This document shows, piece after piece, positions 48,201 through 61,900 of a stretch of 64,000 nucleotides of DNA. The DNA is from Antedon mediterranea (Eukaryota > Animalia > Echinodermata): positions 19,268,795 through 19,332,794 of the forward strand of contig NC_092670.1 of NCBI RefSeq assembly GCF_964355755.1, written 5' to 3'. Within the stretch, counting starts at the first letter, position 1. Every line of letters begins with the position of its first letter. The position numbers and the translations under genes are program-made. The notes beneath the pieces are model-generated. The model was not told the DNA's origin, made no database searches, and worked only from the letters and a program-made list of their open reading frames with translations.

Positions 48201-49094
48201 ACTGTGTGCTTATGGTGATGTTGTTTTAAACTGTCAATTTGAGCGTAATCGAGTGTTAATTTACGCCAATTAAATATTCACCATACTGATAATCAATATT
48301 TGTTTAGTGTTCCATGTTCGTCATTGGTATTAATAATGGAAAGTTAATCATAAATGGCACTTATACTCATACGTGGAAAATACAACCGAGGTTACTACCG
48401 ACGACTGCAGCAGGCCCTGAATAAACTTTCTTAAAATGTATTCATACTGTATATGGTGATATTCAGTGACCAACTTCTTTCAATTGCCATGCCTAATGTA
48501 TGTTAATGAATTTAAAATACAGACAGACAATGTCGCCCATGGAGGCCACCAATTAAAAGAACCGGGCATGGAATAAACATTAATTCACAATACCCCTAAA
48601 TCATAATTTACGGCGGTAGAATAAGCAATAGTGATATGAGGTGAGATTGTCAATGTTGTTTGAACTACCGGTAGGCCTACATAGCATTGGAGGTCGCAAA
48701 ATGGATAAAGAATTCGATGGAAAAGTATTCTTTCAATTTTTTTTTAAGGAAAATAAATAAAACATGTGTACAGTAGGGCACAGTGTCCCCTATCCTATAT
48801 TTGTGCTCAAGTACAGCCAAAATGGGTATATATTGCAAAGTGCAAAGATGAGACTAAACTAACTAATATGTTTTTATTTTGCCGTAGGCCTAACGTACCT
48901 TGATTTGATGTAAGAATTCCATCGGGATCACAAATCCATGTGTCGTTTACCCCATAAGGCCTTCCACATTGGTACGGATCCGTAAATATATTTGGATATT
49001 GCTCCTGATGCCAGCCTTTAATACTTGCACTCATTTGAACTTGGCAGAAGAATAATATTAAAGTCTCTGCTAATACGATTATGTAATATTGCAT
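39299..49094 (-). CDS. MOLO-1-like (TPM-domain) type I membrane protein, 266 aa
   Basis: Exons (minus) 49094-48899, 45196-45070, 43147-43027, 39655-39299 total 801 nt, phases 1, 2, 0. Signal-like N-terminus; W...YPNIFTDPYQCGR...WICDPDGILT; CLCDSGC...GLRIVVALV; FAKYLLIDW...CDNNVVIF; single TM IVYSITVIGALVVLLIFMCLVS; short basic tail. The motifs match my recollection of the MOLO1/TPM family. Confidence 0.78.
41640..41938. repeat. A-rich low-complexity tract
   Basis: Directly visible; gives the spurious Phe-rich minus-strand ORF. Confidence 0.8.
41940..43020. repeat. 83-bp tandem repeat, ~13 near-identical copies, in intron 3 of the MOLO-1-like gene
   Basis: Unit aagcacggggtgcatcaaccatttggagtgaatttttgctgaaaacattaaaatgcctagcctattaactagacaataaacat; copies start at 42108, 42191, 42274 and so on. 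Confidence 0.97.
44525..44812 (-). mobile_element. tRNA-derived SINE with conserved central domain and L2-type tail
   Basis: The minus strand begins GGGCGTGTGGCGCATTG (A-box-like), has B box GGTTCGAATCC (44752-44762), core ccttaggcaagatacttta...ctctccacccagatgtataaatggg and tail agcgcttagag...ggcgctatataaatcca. It is flanked by taataata on both sides. Confidence 0.8.
44825..44974. mobile_element. MITE family B, near full-length copy
   Basis: tggttcccact...agtgggaaccaagct, with TAA/TTA flanks. Confidence 0.8.
46257..46406. mobile_element. MITE family B, full-length copy
   Basis: agcttggttcccactag...ctagtgggaaccaag; near reverse complement of 15376-15530. Confidence 0.85.
46803..46928. mobile_element. 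MITE family A, copy with both ends
   Basis: aagctctgtcgacactatcaaact...gtgacaaaaaaagtgtgat...atcacatttttttgtcac...tgtagacatagctt. Confidence 0.75.
47272..48190. repeat. GAT/GGT-rich low-complexity minisatellite (gatgataatggt(c/t)ttggtggtgaggtggtg...)
   Basis: Degenerate ~60-bp period; intronic; explains the His/Ile/Ser-rich ORFs in several frames. Confidence 0.85.
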
Positions 49095-49897
49095 AGCCAA
49101 AATCGTTTACGACGGTCGAAATACAGTCTATCATTTGTAAGGCTACTTAGAGTTTTTCGCCCACATTTCTGGCTTTCGTCTTACTATAATATACTCTTTA
49201 GCACGAATTTAAGCACTAAACCCTGTTGCTCACTCATCAACAACTAAATGTCCATGCAACAGACCAAAATACCACAACACACCCGGTCAAAGGCTTTCAT
49301 TAAATGAAATTGTTATCATACCGTTTTAATCCCACCTGTCCATGAATAAAAACAAAAAGCATTTAGCGATGTTGCAGTATACTATTCCAAGAAGAGCCTT
49401 GATATTACCTTTGAGAGTCGAATAAGCAGTTAAACTCCGCGGTAATTAAAGCGACAGGTAGGCCTAGCGCGTATCAAACAATGAATGAAGATTAATAATA
49501 TCAAAGTGCTGCGATGATTTTGTATTCGCTCATTTCCTCTGCTTCTGTCAGTTTTTAATGAATCATTACTACAGTACTACGCTATCAAAATGAATGTAAA
49601 TATTGTGTCTCAGCAATCCTCGAGGGGGCGTGAGTTAGGAGACTTCTATTAGAGGTAGAAAAATCAGAATAAAAATATTAAAATGTAAGTAGTCTGTAAT
49701 TGGAAACGATGTATGTTCAATTACGGTATGCGATTTAGCAAAAATGAAAAACGAAAATGTTATTTTCTCTACAAAAAAATAATTTTAATAATACACACAC
49801 ATGGGCCTACTAATTACACACTGTACAAATTCGCTGACCAATTGTAGTTCCCATTAACAACTTTAGGCTACAATACTTAATAATACTGTAATATTAA

Positions 49898-50448
49898 AGA
49901 TGTATTGTCCCTTTGACAAATTCCAAAATTTATTTTTTTTTATATTTCGAAAAAAAGTAGGTCATTTTGAAGTATCATAATAGTTATTAACTGTCACCAA
50001 AAATTAGTTGAAAAAAAAATAATTTAACCAAAATACGGACATTTTTTTGTTCAAAAAAAAACTTTGACTTCCAGTCAAAGTTTTCGATCAAAACATATCT
50101 CATAATGCAGCACGCTTGTTTGGCTACTCTGTATGCATAATCATAAAACTTCCTCGCGATCTGTGTGAAAACACATTCTCAACCCCTACGAGTTGTAAAC
50201 AATCCTATTTAGCATCATGCATAATGCATACTCGTGGTTTGAAATCTTTGTTTACTTTCGCTCGTGATGATTTTCCAGACAAAATGTACCGGTAATCAAA
50301 TTAATTTACCTGATAATTACGTAAACTTGTTGTTTTTGCCTCAAATTTTCGACTTAAAGTGAATAACTTTAATATTACTTGATATGGCCAATTTAAATTT
50401 AGAATGTTTTTTTTTTTCATTTTTTGTGTTTCAAGGGACAATACATCT
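49898..50448. mobile_element. Kolobok-like non-autonomous DNA transposon
   Basis: Perfect 16-bp TIR AGATGTATTGTCCCTT / AAGGGACAATACATCT with TTAA on both sides (49894-49897, 50449-50452). A related terminus is at ~59395. Confidence 0.8.
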
Positions 50449-50517
50449 TTAACGGATGGTGGTGTTTTCAGTATTTGTCTTGATATTTCTGAGTGGCTGG
50501 TTTCGTAATAATTACTA

Positions 50518-50534
50518 ATAGATGTAAGCAAAAA

Positions 50535-50589
<55 letters not shown>

Positions 50590-51070
50590 TGTAGATGTAA
50601 GCAAAAATGGAAAAAATTGGTATTTTCATGTATTGTAAGTAAAAATGAAAACACAAATTGGTATTTTCATGTATTGTAAGCAAAAATGGAAAAAAAATTG
50701 CTATTTTCTCTAGATGTAGGCCTAAGCAAAAATAGAGACAAGTTATTTTCTCCGAGATGTAAGAAAATGGAAACAAAAATTGCTATTTTGATGTAGGCCT
50801 AAGCAAAAATGAAGAAAAACGACATTTTCATGTAAGCAAAAATGGAAACAAGTTATTTTCTCCAAAACGTAAGAAAAAATAGTTATTTTCTTCAAGATGT
50901 AAGCAAAAATGGAAACAAAAATTGCTATTTTGTCCAACATGTCAGCAAAAATGGGGGGCAATGTTATTTTCTCCAAATTATAAGAAAAATGAAAACAAAA
51001 ATGGTTATTTTCTCCAAGATGTAAGAAAAATGGAAACAAAAATTGTTATTTTCTCCGAGATGCAAGTAAA
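50518..51070. repeat. (TA)n microsatellite (50538-50587) embedded in a diverged ~42-bp minisatellite
   Basis: Unit 'agatgtaagcaaaaatggaaacaaaaattgctattttctc', roughly a dozen copies. Confidence 0.85.
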
Positions 51071-54000
51071 ATTAAAACAAACATTTTCTCTAGTTTTTAT
51101 ACTGACCAAACCTGGTTTCTCTTTTTATGTTCCTACATCTAACACGTTGTCTTAACTTCTTCCTCCTTCGTATAGGGATTTAAGCCTAAGACACTACACC
51201 ATGGACCTAAATGATTTTATTACATTTCAATTCCATTACGCTACACTATGGAAACTGATCTCCGACAAAAAAACACATCTTTTAGCCTATATTAAAGTGA
51301 TCTAAATTTCATAGAATACATTATAAACGAAATTCAAAGAAAGCGCATCGATAAATAAGTAGGACAAACGCAAGCCGAAGCACTAATAATCTAATAGAGA
51401 GACAATTACTATAACTAAGTAAAAGTTCCTCGAGTAATCATGTATAATTTATGATTCTATATTTAAAATACAGACTACAGAATATTTTGTACTCCCACGC
51501 GCGTTTCGATAATTCGTTTTACTTCATTCATTATATTGTTTCGGTGTATAATAAATAATCTGGGCTATCTTTGTTCTGAATACAATATGTTTAATATCAA
51601 TGACTTTTGGTAGATAATAATTATAATAGGCCTATAATAACTCCGGTTTTGTGCACGAGTGAGTCCGTATTCGGTCCGGTAGCCGGGGACACCTCCACGG
51701 GTTACGTTACGCTCGATCGCAAACGCCCGTTCTGTACGGAATCTTAAATGTAGTGTGAACGCATTACACCTATTTTTTCACAATTTTTTATCTGGCCACC
51801 GGACCGGAATGAGTGAACGCAACTTTGCTGGGCAGACAGACCGACGTATCTAAAATTACCAATTCGTATTTAAACGGTTAAATTAAGATGAACAAATATG
51901 AAAAAAAAATAGATTGTTAGAATACACACGATATCTAGAACTGCGACGAGAGAACGTCATGTTATTAAGTCTACGTGTATAGAAGACCTTCTGCTCGCCT
52001 TCTACATCAATCCGTCTCTAATAAAGAGCAATTTAATTAAGATGATTGTAAATTTACAGACATCACAATTAAAGCTCCTAATTTATTGCAGATTGTCTTA
52101 TCTACTCCAGAGGGGAAAACAGAAAAAAAGTGATGACATCATTGATAGTGAAAGCCCGCGGAAAACAATATTCATATTGAAAGATAACGACAAATATAAA
52201 TATAAAGAAAATGAATTCGACTTCACGACGAATTCTAGGGTTTTGGTGGTTGACGACATAAAATTAAATGTTACATAAAATTATGATTATTTTACTGTAG
52301 AACACATCATATCGGGACCCAACAAACTGCCCACGCGTCACGACATGTATATAGCCTCATAAACGGAAAATTGTTCAAATGTTGGGTGGGTTGTATGCAG
52401 TTATAATTGACAGTCTAGAATAGTAGTAGTGTAGGTAATACTGACATAAAGGCAGCACAATATAATAATTTGTCATGCAGTAATTATATATCCGAAATGC
52501 CTGAAGAAATAAGTCGTAATTGAGGGCGACATATTAAATATCATGTTTAGAATAAATGAAAACCTCGTTTTTGGGATATAAATAGTATAGTCGCCTTTGG
52601 GGAAATACAATTTATATTCTGTATTATTCTTTATTGAAAAGTAATTTATAACTAATGCAGTACGCATCTGCCTCGTCAACGAATAAAGTGAGATGATTAT
52701 ATCAATCATTATGATAAGTTGCGAAGGAGACGCCGGGTAGTTCTACAAACGGACTCTTTTCGTCCAAAAAAACCATAAAAAAAACAAATACAATAGGTAG
52801 GGCCCATATAAGTTGACTCTTTATAAAATAGTATCATATAAAAAAATAAAGGATTCCCACACGCGCATGTTCAAAGGTACAAAGTATTCACTTATAACAA
52901 TTTCGTCGCACAAAGACGTTTCGAGAAAACCATCCTCGGTGCTGGCGGGGAACCAATTTAAATTTTTGTAGCACACTCTCGACAGACATTTCGGTACGAT
53001 CCTCTTTGCAGAACGTTTTGTATTCAACCCGCGATGGAAACAATTTTAAGTAAGTTTAAGGTTTTATGGAATTACATTAGCGCTTCTCAAGACATTCGAT
53101 AGTCGTGAAGGAGCAGTGCCTTTGGAAGCACACCAGCATCCAATTTGTAAATTTACTAAAGAAATGTTTTTATTATTGTATTAAATACAACTGTGTAGTG
53201 GGTCTGTGTGATTGTGAACTGTCCTGTTGAGTTGGCTGCCGAAATACATCAATAAATTAATACAAATATTGACACACACACACACAACGATCTTTAAAAT
53301 CTAAAATGATTATCTATTTGACAGATATAACAAAGAAATCCAAGACACATGGGCTGATCCAGAGGAGAGGAGAGTAGCAAATTGTAATGCAAAAGATAGG
53401 ACATCAAAATAAGCTTAGCCCTTCATTTCACCATTTGTAGGCCCCTATTTCAAAATCCTGGATCCGCCACTGAGACATCCATAATATACGATGATAGTTC
53501 TAATTCATACCATGTCATACCATTAGGCCTATAAGCCAACTAAATAAACAGTAGTCATACGCCTATTAAGCTTCGATTTTCAATTCTTTCAGTAAAAAAA
53601 AAATAACTTTCTAGGCCTACATGTAACAAACAACGTAATAATTAAACTTGATTTATACACAATGTATTACAGTCAATAAATACCGGTAATTGTAAAACCG
53701 GTACAATTTTATTCATGATATTCACAACCTATCAGAAATTGCGAGATAACACATCCGACATTAATTGTACTGTGTGTTAATTATCCAAGAATATACGGAC
53801 GCATCAATAAGCGTAACCATAAACGAGGTATTACATAATAGGCCCTAAATAATACCCGAGCGTAACCATAGAGGTATTATAATATATAATTATTGTATAA
53901 TACATCGATGAGCGCAATCATTATAGTATTGCATATATTATAAATATATGATTATTGTAATACCTTTATGATGTGCGTTGTGACCAATCATGCGTGCTAA

Positions 54001-55923
54001 AATTCAACGTTCTGATAGTGTCTTTGACTACCACAGTGATTCTTATAAACCTGGGTATTTTACAGTACTATTTACATAAACTTACGAATACAACATTTAA
54101 CTATCGTATAAAATCTCTGTAATGCCGTAAATATAACTATATAAAATCCTTTTGTGTTATGTACATTTGTATTTGGAAAATAAACTACTGTGTAGGCCTC
54201 GGTTAAGAATTTTAGAAAAAGCAAGCAGCCTCATCGGCTGTCTACGTAGTATCCACTTTGTAAATTATAGACATTCTATAGTCTACGCTAGCAAATTACC
54301 AATTCTTTGTTTAAGAACTTCGAGTTTGCTTGTGTTGGCAAAATAAAGTTTGCTAGTGTAGACTGCGAGAAAACTTCGGAAAAATGTTCTTGCCAAACTC
54401 ATAGTTTGCAGAAAAAATGTTGCCATTTTAGACCTTTTTTCAGCAGTTGGCCAAAGTCGATCAACTGTTCTGCACTCCTAGCGAACTTTTATTACCAAAG
54501 TTTGAAGACAAAAGTTTGCCAGTGTGAATTTTTCTTTTTGGAATGTATTTTTGACAGTTTGAGAACAAGGTCAGGGTGGTGGGAGAAAGGGGTAAAAATT
54601 GGAGGATAGAGAAAGGTCACTAAACCATTGCTCCAGCAAAATTCGTATTGTCACAAGTAGAAACAGAACGGTTTTCACATTGTGGTTAAAACAAACCTCA
54701 TAAATTTACAACTTTATATACAAAGGTTACAATTATATTCTTAGTAGGCCTAATCTAAATAAATAATTAATAACGGTATTGTATTATATTTAAGAGCAAA
54801 TTTTACTAAATACTGCACAATCTTTAGAATAAATTTACCTTTTCTTATATGCAAATAATATAAAATGTTTTTGTATTATGATCATAACTTAAACAGAGAC
54901 CTCTATTCATGAGACACTTCTCTTCGAGACCCAATCAGGGTTGTGTTAAACCCTATATTTCCTCTCATTCGTATCATGGGTAAGTGTCCCCTTATTAGAG
55001 GTTGATCATAGTGTTAACCACTACATTTCTCCTCGTTTGTTAACGGAAAACTGTCCATTAATATGAATGTCTGAAATGAAGTGTTTCTACTATAGTAATT
55101 ATCAAATCAAATTTAAGTAGTATTCATGTACAAAATAACAAAAAATATTAAATACATTAATTAAAAATAAAAATTAGCAGCAATATATTTCTAAAACACA
55201 GCACCTCCTATATCCATTACAGGACAGTAGCTTCAATTATGAAAGGTTGGGTTTACTTCCATTAACAAAAAATAAAGTATCTTATATAAAATTAAATTTG
55301 TACAAATTATACTTACTTAAAATATATTTAACTATTTAGAAAGGAAGATGTTTCTAGAATCAGGATTTTCCTTTTCTCCATTTTGTCAGAATAGCTATAT
55401 ATTCATAGTGTTTGTGAAACAATAAAAGACATAATTGGAGCCTTCTCTTTGGAAGTGACACAGTGACCCATGTTGCATCAAATCTCATAATATTAAAAAC
55501 CTTTTTTAATGTACAGTAGTATGACGGAGTATGGAAATTTTTTTTCTTATTCAAATGAAAATTGGAAAAACATATCATGCTTTTCCCAACTCTGAAATAA
55601 TGTTACCAAATACATCTGAGAACAAGTTATACTTGTGTGTGACCCAAACCCACAACCAACCAGTCTGGTGTCCATATCTCTAGACAACCAAGCTTCCTAG
55701 TAATAATGCCAACAATTGACTTGAAAGACTTTACTCAAGACGAGATTCAGTTTTCTTATACAACTATGCTAATTAAGTACAGAAGCTGAAGAAATATTGG
55801 TCAATGGTGATGAAAACTTAGTGTCAAGTTGAGTCAAGCATCAAAGATATGCTGTCTAGCACAGAGTAATCTTAACAAGACATTGCACTTCTTGGAACTA
55901 GTACTAAAATCAACAGGTGACAA

Positions 55924-58900
55924 TTATTCTTGTGTAATTGCCTCCCCAGTATTGGTCACATCAAAATTAAACTTGAATGGTTTACTATCACCAGTCATCT
56001 GGAGATTTAGAATTCCTCTTTCAACATCTCCACTTTCATGAGACTCCTTCTCAACAACATCTTTGACTTCTTCCTTTACCTCTTTCTTGATAGATTCAAC
56101 CTTGTCTTCATCTTTGTCAGATCTACCTTTTTGAGAATCTTTCATTCGCTTCTTCTTCTTTCCTTTATTCTTCCTTTTTCCTGTATTTATCAAACCTTCT
56201 TCATCTCCTAGTTTCCCTTTCTCTGGTGAACTTTGATTATCTATGAGGTTTTTATCAATTTCAAAATTAAATTTAAATGTTTCTTGATCGTTTGATATAC
56301 CTTCTACCTCCTCTTCTAACTTTTGCAATGATACATCCTTCTCCCAATCTTTCTTCTCATTCACCTCCGAATTGGTCTCCATCTGGTGTTCAGAGTCTTG
56401 AGGATGGCATCGAGAAGCATGTCTGTAAAAGGTGCTAAGTGATTGCTGATCAGAGGCAACTGGTGTCAAAGTAGGTTGACTTTTTTCTTTAAAGAATTAG
56501 TATAAATTATTTTACTAGAAGAATTATGAGAGATTATTATTATTATTATTAGAAAGTTATTTGGGACATTTTCACCTAAGGGCACGGTTCTGCACCAACC
56601 ATTGTCAGAGAAATATTCTTCTTTTCACTTTGAATCTCTCACTTTGGATTGAATGGTCATTGTCAGTTTATCCAGGTAAACTTGGCATGGAATAACCCTA
56701 TGTTGTTAGACAAGTATATCTGGTTCTGCAACCTGGCAAGGTGGTGGTTCCAAGGCTGCTTTCAATAACCTGAAATAATTTTGGCTAACTCAAATTTGTC
56801 CAAAAAACAACTTTTAATAGTAGTTTAAAGGAATTCATTCATTTGTTTTAATATAAGAAAACAAAAACAAATTTAATTAACAAGAACAAAATATTAATTT
56901 GCAATGAATTTTTAATGGAACAAAAAACTTACTCTTTTCATGTTTAGTTTTTTCTGCCATCATCTTCTTGCGATAATCACCAAATGTCATGCGCATGACT
57001 TGTCTCTTCTTGACCATCGGTGCTTTGTGTGATTTCAAGGTGCGTACTAATTTCTCGGCATCTTTTGCTGAAGGAATGGAAGTACATTATTCTTGTTTTA
57101 ATGGTCCCAAATTTGAGACTCTGTTTCTGCAGTCTCTTTATCTTTTAAATGCTCAAAAGCAGAATATTGACTATCATTTAAATTCCCTTTATTAAAATAC
57201 TGAAAAATAAATTTAAATACCTTGTTTAGAGGTAGGCTTGGCGGAGGCTAGACCGTGTTCAAGTTGTTGAATACACCAGCATAGCTCACGCTGAAATAGT
57301 TCAGCCGGTGACTGCAAGATATAATTATATTTTACACATACCGGTAACAACTTTTTCTAGGTTATGCATACAAATTACATTCAATCATATATTTATTCAT
57401 TTCACTAAACATTTTCTCTCTTGAATGTTACATCATAAACTAAAGTACCAATAATAAATGTAGTATAAAAAAGGGGCATAATCATAGCTTTAGAAAACAA
57501 TTTCGTCTCAATAACCCTTGCAAACATTTTAGAATTAATTATGGAAATTTTTAAAAGAAACAAAATCTTTTTTAATAGTGGAAAACACTTGTATTGTGTT
57601 TACAATTTTGTTACGCATTGCTAAACTTTACCTTCTTGTTGGTACAGTAAGCAAGCACCAACCCATTTATTATTAATTTTTACAGAAGAACATTCAATAG
57701 TAAATTATTTAAGATAGGCCACAGATATATTAATATACTGTATTTATTATGTTATGTAATTTGATCTCTATTAGCAATATCACTAGGGAACGCTAATGGA
57801 ACATAGAGCACTTTAAACAATGCATCATGGTCAAGCCATAGACTAAAGTTAATAACTTGAAGCTTTAATGAATTTGAGAACTGAGAAAGTGAAAATGATA
57901 AGGATGTAAAGTAACTGTCCAATGTAGCTACTGTATGATGGGTTAGATGATAGTGGGTTACTTTTTAAATTTAAATTAAAAAGAAGAGAATTGCATTAAC
58001 ATTAACAACTAGAACATGAAGAAACAACACTTTCCAGTTAAAAATATTAGTGAAAAATGGTTATTGAGAAATAAAAAATAAAATTTAAAAAAACTTAAAT
58101 GAAAATGTAAAAAATTCCAACCACAATTTTTAATACAACTTTATAAAAAAGATTCGTTATGTATCATTATGTCAGAAATAACTCTTTTTCTTGTGCTGCA
58201 ATCAATCTTCCTATATAATCACTTCACAAAGCCATGGTATTAAATTAAACATTGTTCAGTGAATTTAATCAATATCCAAGGCTACCACCAGACATGTAAT
58301 GAAATGTATTTAATTTACTAGAGATCATAAAAAAATCTTTCTAGAGCAACAGACTCTTGAGGTTGAAATTTGAATACTATGTTTGCAAGATATTAATTTC
58401 TTAGTTAAAAAAAGAATTCTTGGTTTAAAGCTCTGACAACACTATCAAACTTAATGTGACTTTTTTTGTCAATTAATTTGATAGTATAGACAGAGTTACA
58501 GATTCCGTATGCTTATTAAAATTACTGCTCCTATTAATTAAATGCAGTAGAACTCCTATATAAGGGGACACACCTTTGGAATTCAACAAAGTGTTCCCTT
58601 AATAGTGGTTGGTTTAATAACACTTTCTTTGGAAAGTGACCAAGGGTCCCCTGAATTGCTAAAAATAGTACAGGGTTAGTAAATTTAACATAGAGAATCA
58701 TTAACTAAACAAACCAAGGACAATCTAAACAGCCCATTGATACAGTATAATAAAAAATAATTTATAAACTGTAAGGCAGCCCGGCCGCTAATATCTAAGA
58801 GAATAAACAAATATTGTACTTTTAATGCTGTCTTCAATGAACCAGGCCAAGATAAGATCTACTGTAGAATGTGTTTTAGAAGTGACTGTTTTAGATGATG

Positions 58901-61900
58901 GTAAAACTCTGTCAGAGTGTTTTCTTCTTCATTTACCAATTCTACATTTGGTGGAGATTGGTGGTGGAGATGTCAACATCCATAATGACTTACTCTTAAT
59001 TCAAAAGAAATTTTCACTTAACAATTATGTATGTGATAATATCATCGTATATTACAAATAAATACACTATGGGTTCAATAAGAAGGATATTAATTGAAAA
59101 TGTAACTACGGTACTGTATATGTTTTTTGGAAAATAACACACTTTACTACACAGTGAGCCTGGTAAACAAGAACATCAATACCTCCATGCTATGCTAATT
59201 AGAGTAAAAACGATTAGTTTGCCGTAGGAAAGCCCAACAGCAGAGGCTTTTTAAATGCTAAATGCCAATATTAATATGGCAAGATCAATTTTATTTTTAG
59301 AATTCAATAGGAGACTGCAATTAATTAAGTAGAAATACTGTACACTGAAATATGATAATCCCTGACTAAAATATAATATTTGATTTCCTTCCTTTAAAGA
59401 TGAAATTGTCCCTTAAAACATGAAAAATAAAGTTGATTAAAATTAACTAAACTGTATGCCATTTTTTAGTTTTAATATAGTTATTTAATTCCGCCGAATA
59501 AAACAGATAATTATACCGTATATCCTCGGGTTCAGGAAAAAAATGTGTAATATTCTTGTAAAAACTCATCTGAAACTGGCAAGAGTCAAGACCAAAAGTA
59601 AATACTGGGACTACACTATACCCAGGGATATGCCTGTTTGTGACATCAGACATAAAGCAGGGTTGTTGGGTTGGCTATTACAGTAAAGTTATTTTACCCC
59701 TTTCAATTACAGTTTATCAGGTAATATGATTATTAAAATATTATTTTTGAACGACCATTCAATAGTGTGTACTATTGCTCGCCATGTGATCTACAATTTT
59801 CCAATCAAATGACAGGAATTTATTTAGGTGTTTATATAAACAGTATTATTATTAAAGACTAGAGATCAACTACTGTACAACTGTATACAAACCTTTTCAG
59901 TGATGTACTAGAAAGCTGCTGCAAATAATAAGTGATAGCTAAAATGTCTAATGTTTCATATATACAAAATTTTCTGATAAAGTCTGAGTTTTAATTTTTT
60001 AGGAGTAGCCATGCTGGCAAAGAGAGAATAAGCATGAAAAGAGGTGCGACTGAGACTCAGTACAGTAGTTCTGTCATGCACAATGGCAAATAATACAATT
60101 TATTTAGGTTGACTGAAGAAAAAAACATTATTTTCAGTAAATATAAATCAGACACATTTTGCATACTTTGAATGACGTCAGTTTGCTCCTTAAAGTAAAT
60201 AGGTCATCATCACGAAATGCAAGTCTAAAGCTACGAGTAGTTTTATCTTAATTAGAATTTCGTGTAAATATTGAGTGCTTGTTGAAGTCATTATTGAGAG
60301 CATAAATTATTACAGCCAGTAATAAGAGCTTGAACATGAATCTAAATTATACAGTATATCAAAATCGATACCACTACTAATGATTAAAATAACGTTTTTT
60401 TATCTTTTGCCACAACTCTTTTACTACATTTGGACCTAGATAGCTTCAAGATTATTAGCTTTGTGTAGATTTTATGAACACAAATAAGCAAGATGCTTGG
60501 ATCTGAGGATGTGGTAGGATAGGTCTAGCTCTGCATATCAATTTGACCAATCAGACAGTTTTACTGTAGCTACTGGCCATTTTTGAATAATTTATCCTCA
60601 TAAAAAAAAATTAAACATATATTTTTGCTTATGGCTGAATACAATGATTTGAAATTAATATAATTAATTTAATATTATTCAAGATTATGTTGATGAAATG
60701 CATTATATCTAATGCATGCATTAAATACTGAAATAGTCATAAACATTGATAACATGAGTTTTAATATAATGTAGTCATTCTAATATGAGCTAATGATATG
60801 TATTAATAACAATAATATTAGACTGTAATGTAGTCATATAATATGAGCAATAATATTAAATATAAATATAAGCTGTAATGTGAGTATAATATGAGCTCTA
60901 TAAGCTAATAAAATGTGGGTATTATGAGCTGAAAGCTGTAATATATTGATTGTGAGCATATCCATTCATTCATTCATTATTTACTTGGTCTATTTTAGTA
61001 TACATAACAACAAAAAACAGAAATTGGGGAAACCAGGGTCAACCTAAGTGAACTTAATCACTGTAGCTGAGTTGGTATAATATACAAAAATGAATGTTTA
61101 TGAGTGTAATGGTACAAATAATGGCATGAGGTGAATGATGAAAGGTTATATCAACGAGGCAACGCCGAGTTGATATAACCTTTCATCATTCACCAAATGC
61201 CATTATTTGTACCATTACACGAATATAAAACATTTATTATTTGTTTTATATAACATCTAAATAGATTCCTGTCATTTGAATGAAATAAAGGTAGCCCTAT
61301 CCAAGAGGCCTACATTTCATTCACATTGATTAAAACAGTAACATTTGGTTTTTAATATTATATTAAATGTTATATTTATATGGATTTTATAAACACAACT
61401 ACTTTAGTGTTAATTATGTCAACAACAACGACTAAACAATCCTAGGCCTAGCAAGGCTAAAACGCCTAGGCTAGGCCTAGCGTAATCCTAACAGGCCTAG
61501 CTTAGTAGTTACTAGTAATAGTACTGTACTAGCTTGGCTGAAAGGCAAAACTTCGACAGAAAATTGGAACTTATCTAGGCTATAATTATGGTTTTTTCCA
61601 ACGATTCCACGTCTTGTAGGGATGTCCCCATTAATTAATCAAAATCCTAAAAAATCTAAAGCTAATTTAAATGCCTTTTTGAATGAAATTAGTACATATA
61701 TCTCCAAATCGTACACAAAAATCTGCTGCTGTTGCATATCTCGCGGTGTGGTGTTTACAACAAACAGAGGCAGGACGACAGGTGGCGCTGTTGTATTTCA
61801 CAGTAATTTTTGTATAGGGGATTTTATTTCATCCGCGAAACGTTTTTTTTTTCGCACACAAAAACGTTTAAAAAAGTACTATTAAACGATCGTTTAATAG

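Noticed and set aside
56560-56769. Possible extra C8orf33 exon (acceptor-like ttcag at ~56770, minus strand)
   Set aside because: It gives an immediate stop in the required phase, whereas the acceptor at 56486 keeps the frame to the conserved FKFNF end.
58825-59061. 78-aa + strand ORF in the C8orf33 intron
   Set aside because: No motif, and no supporting exon structure on either strand.
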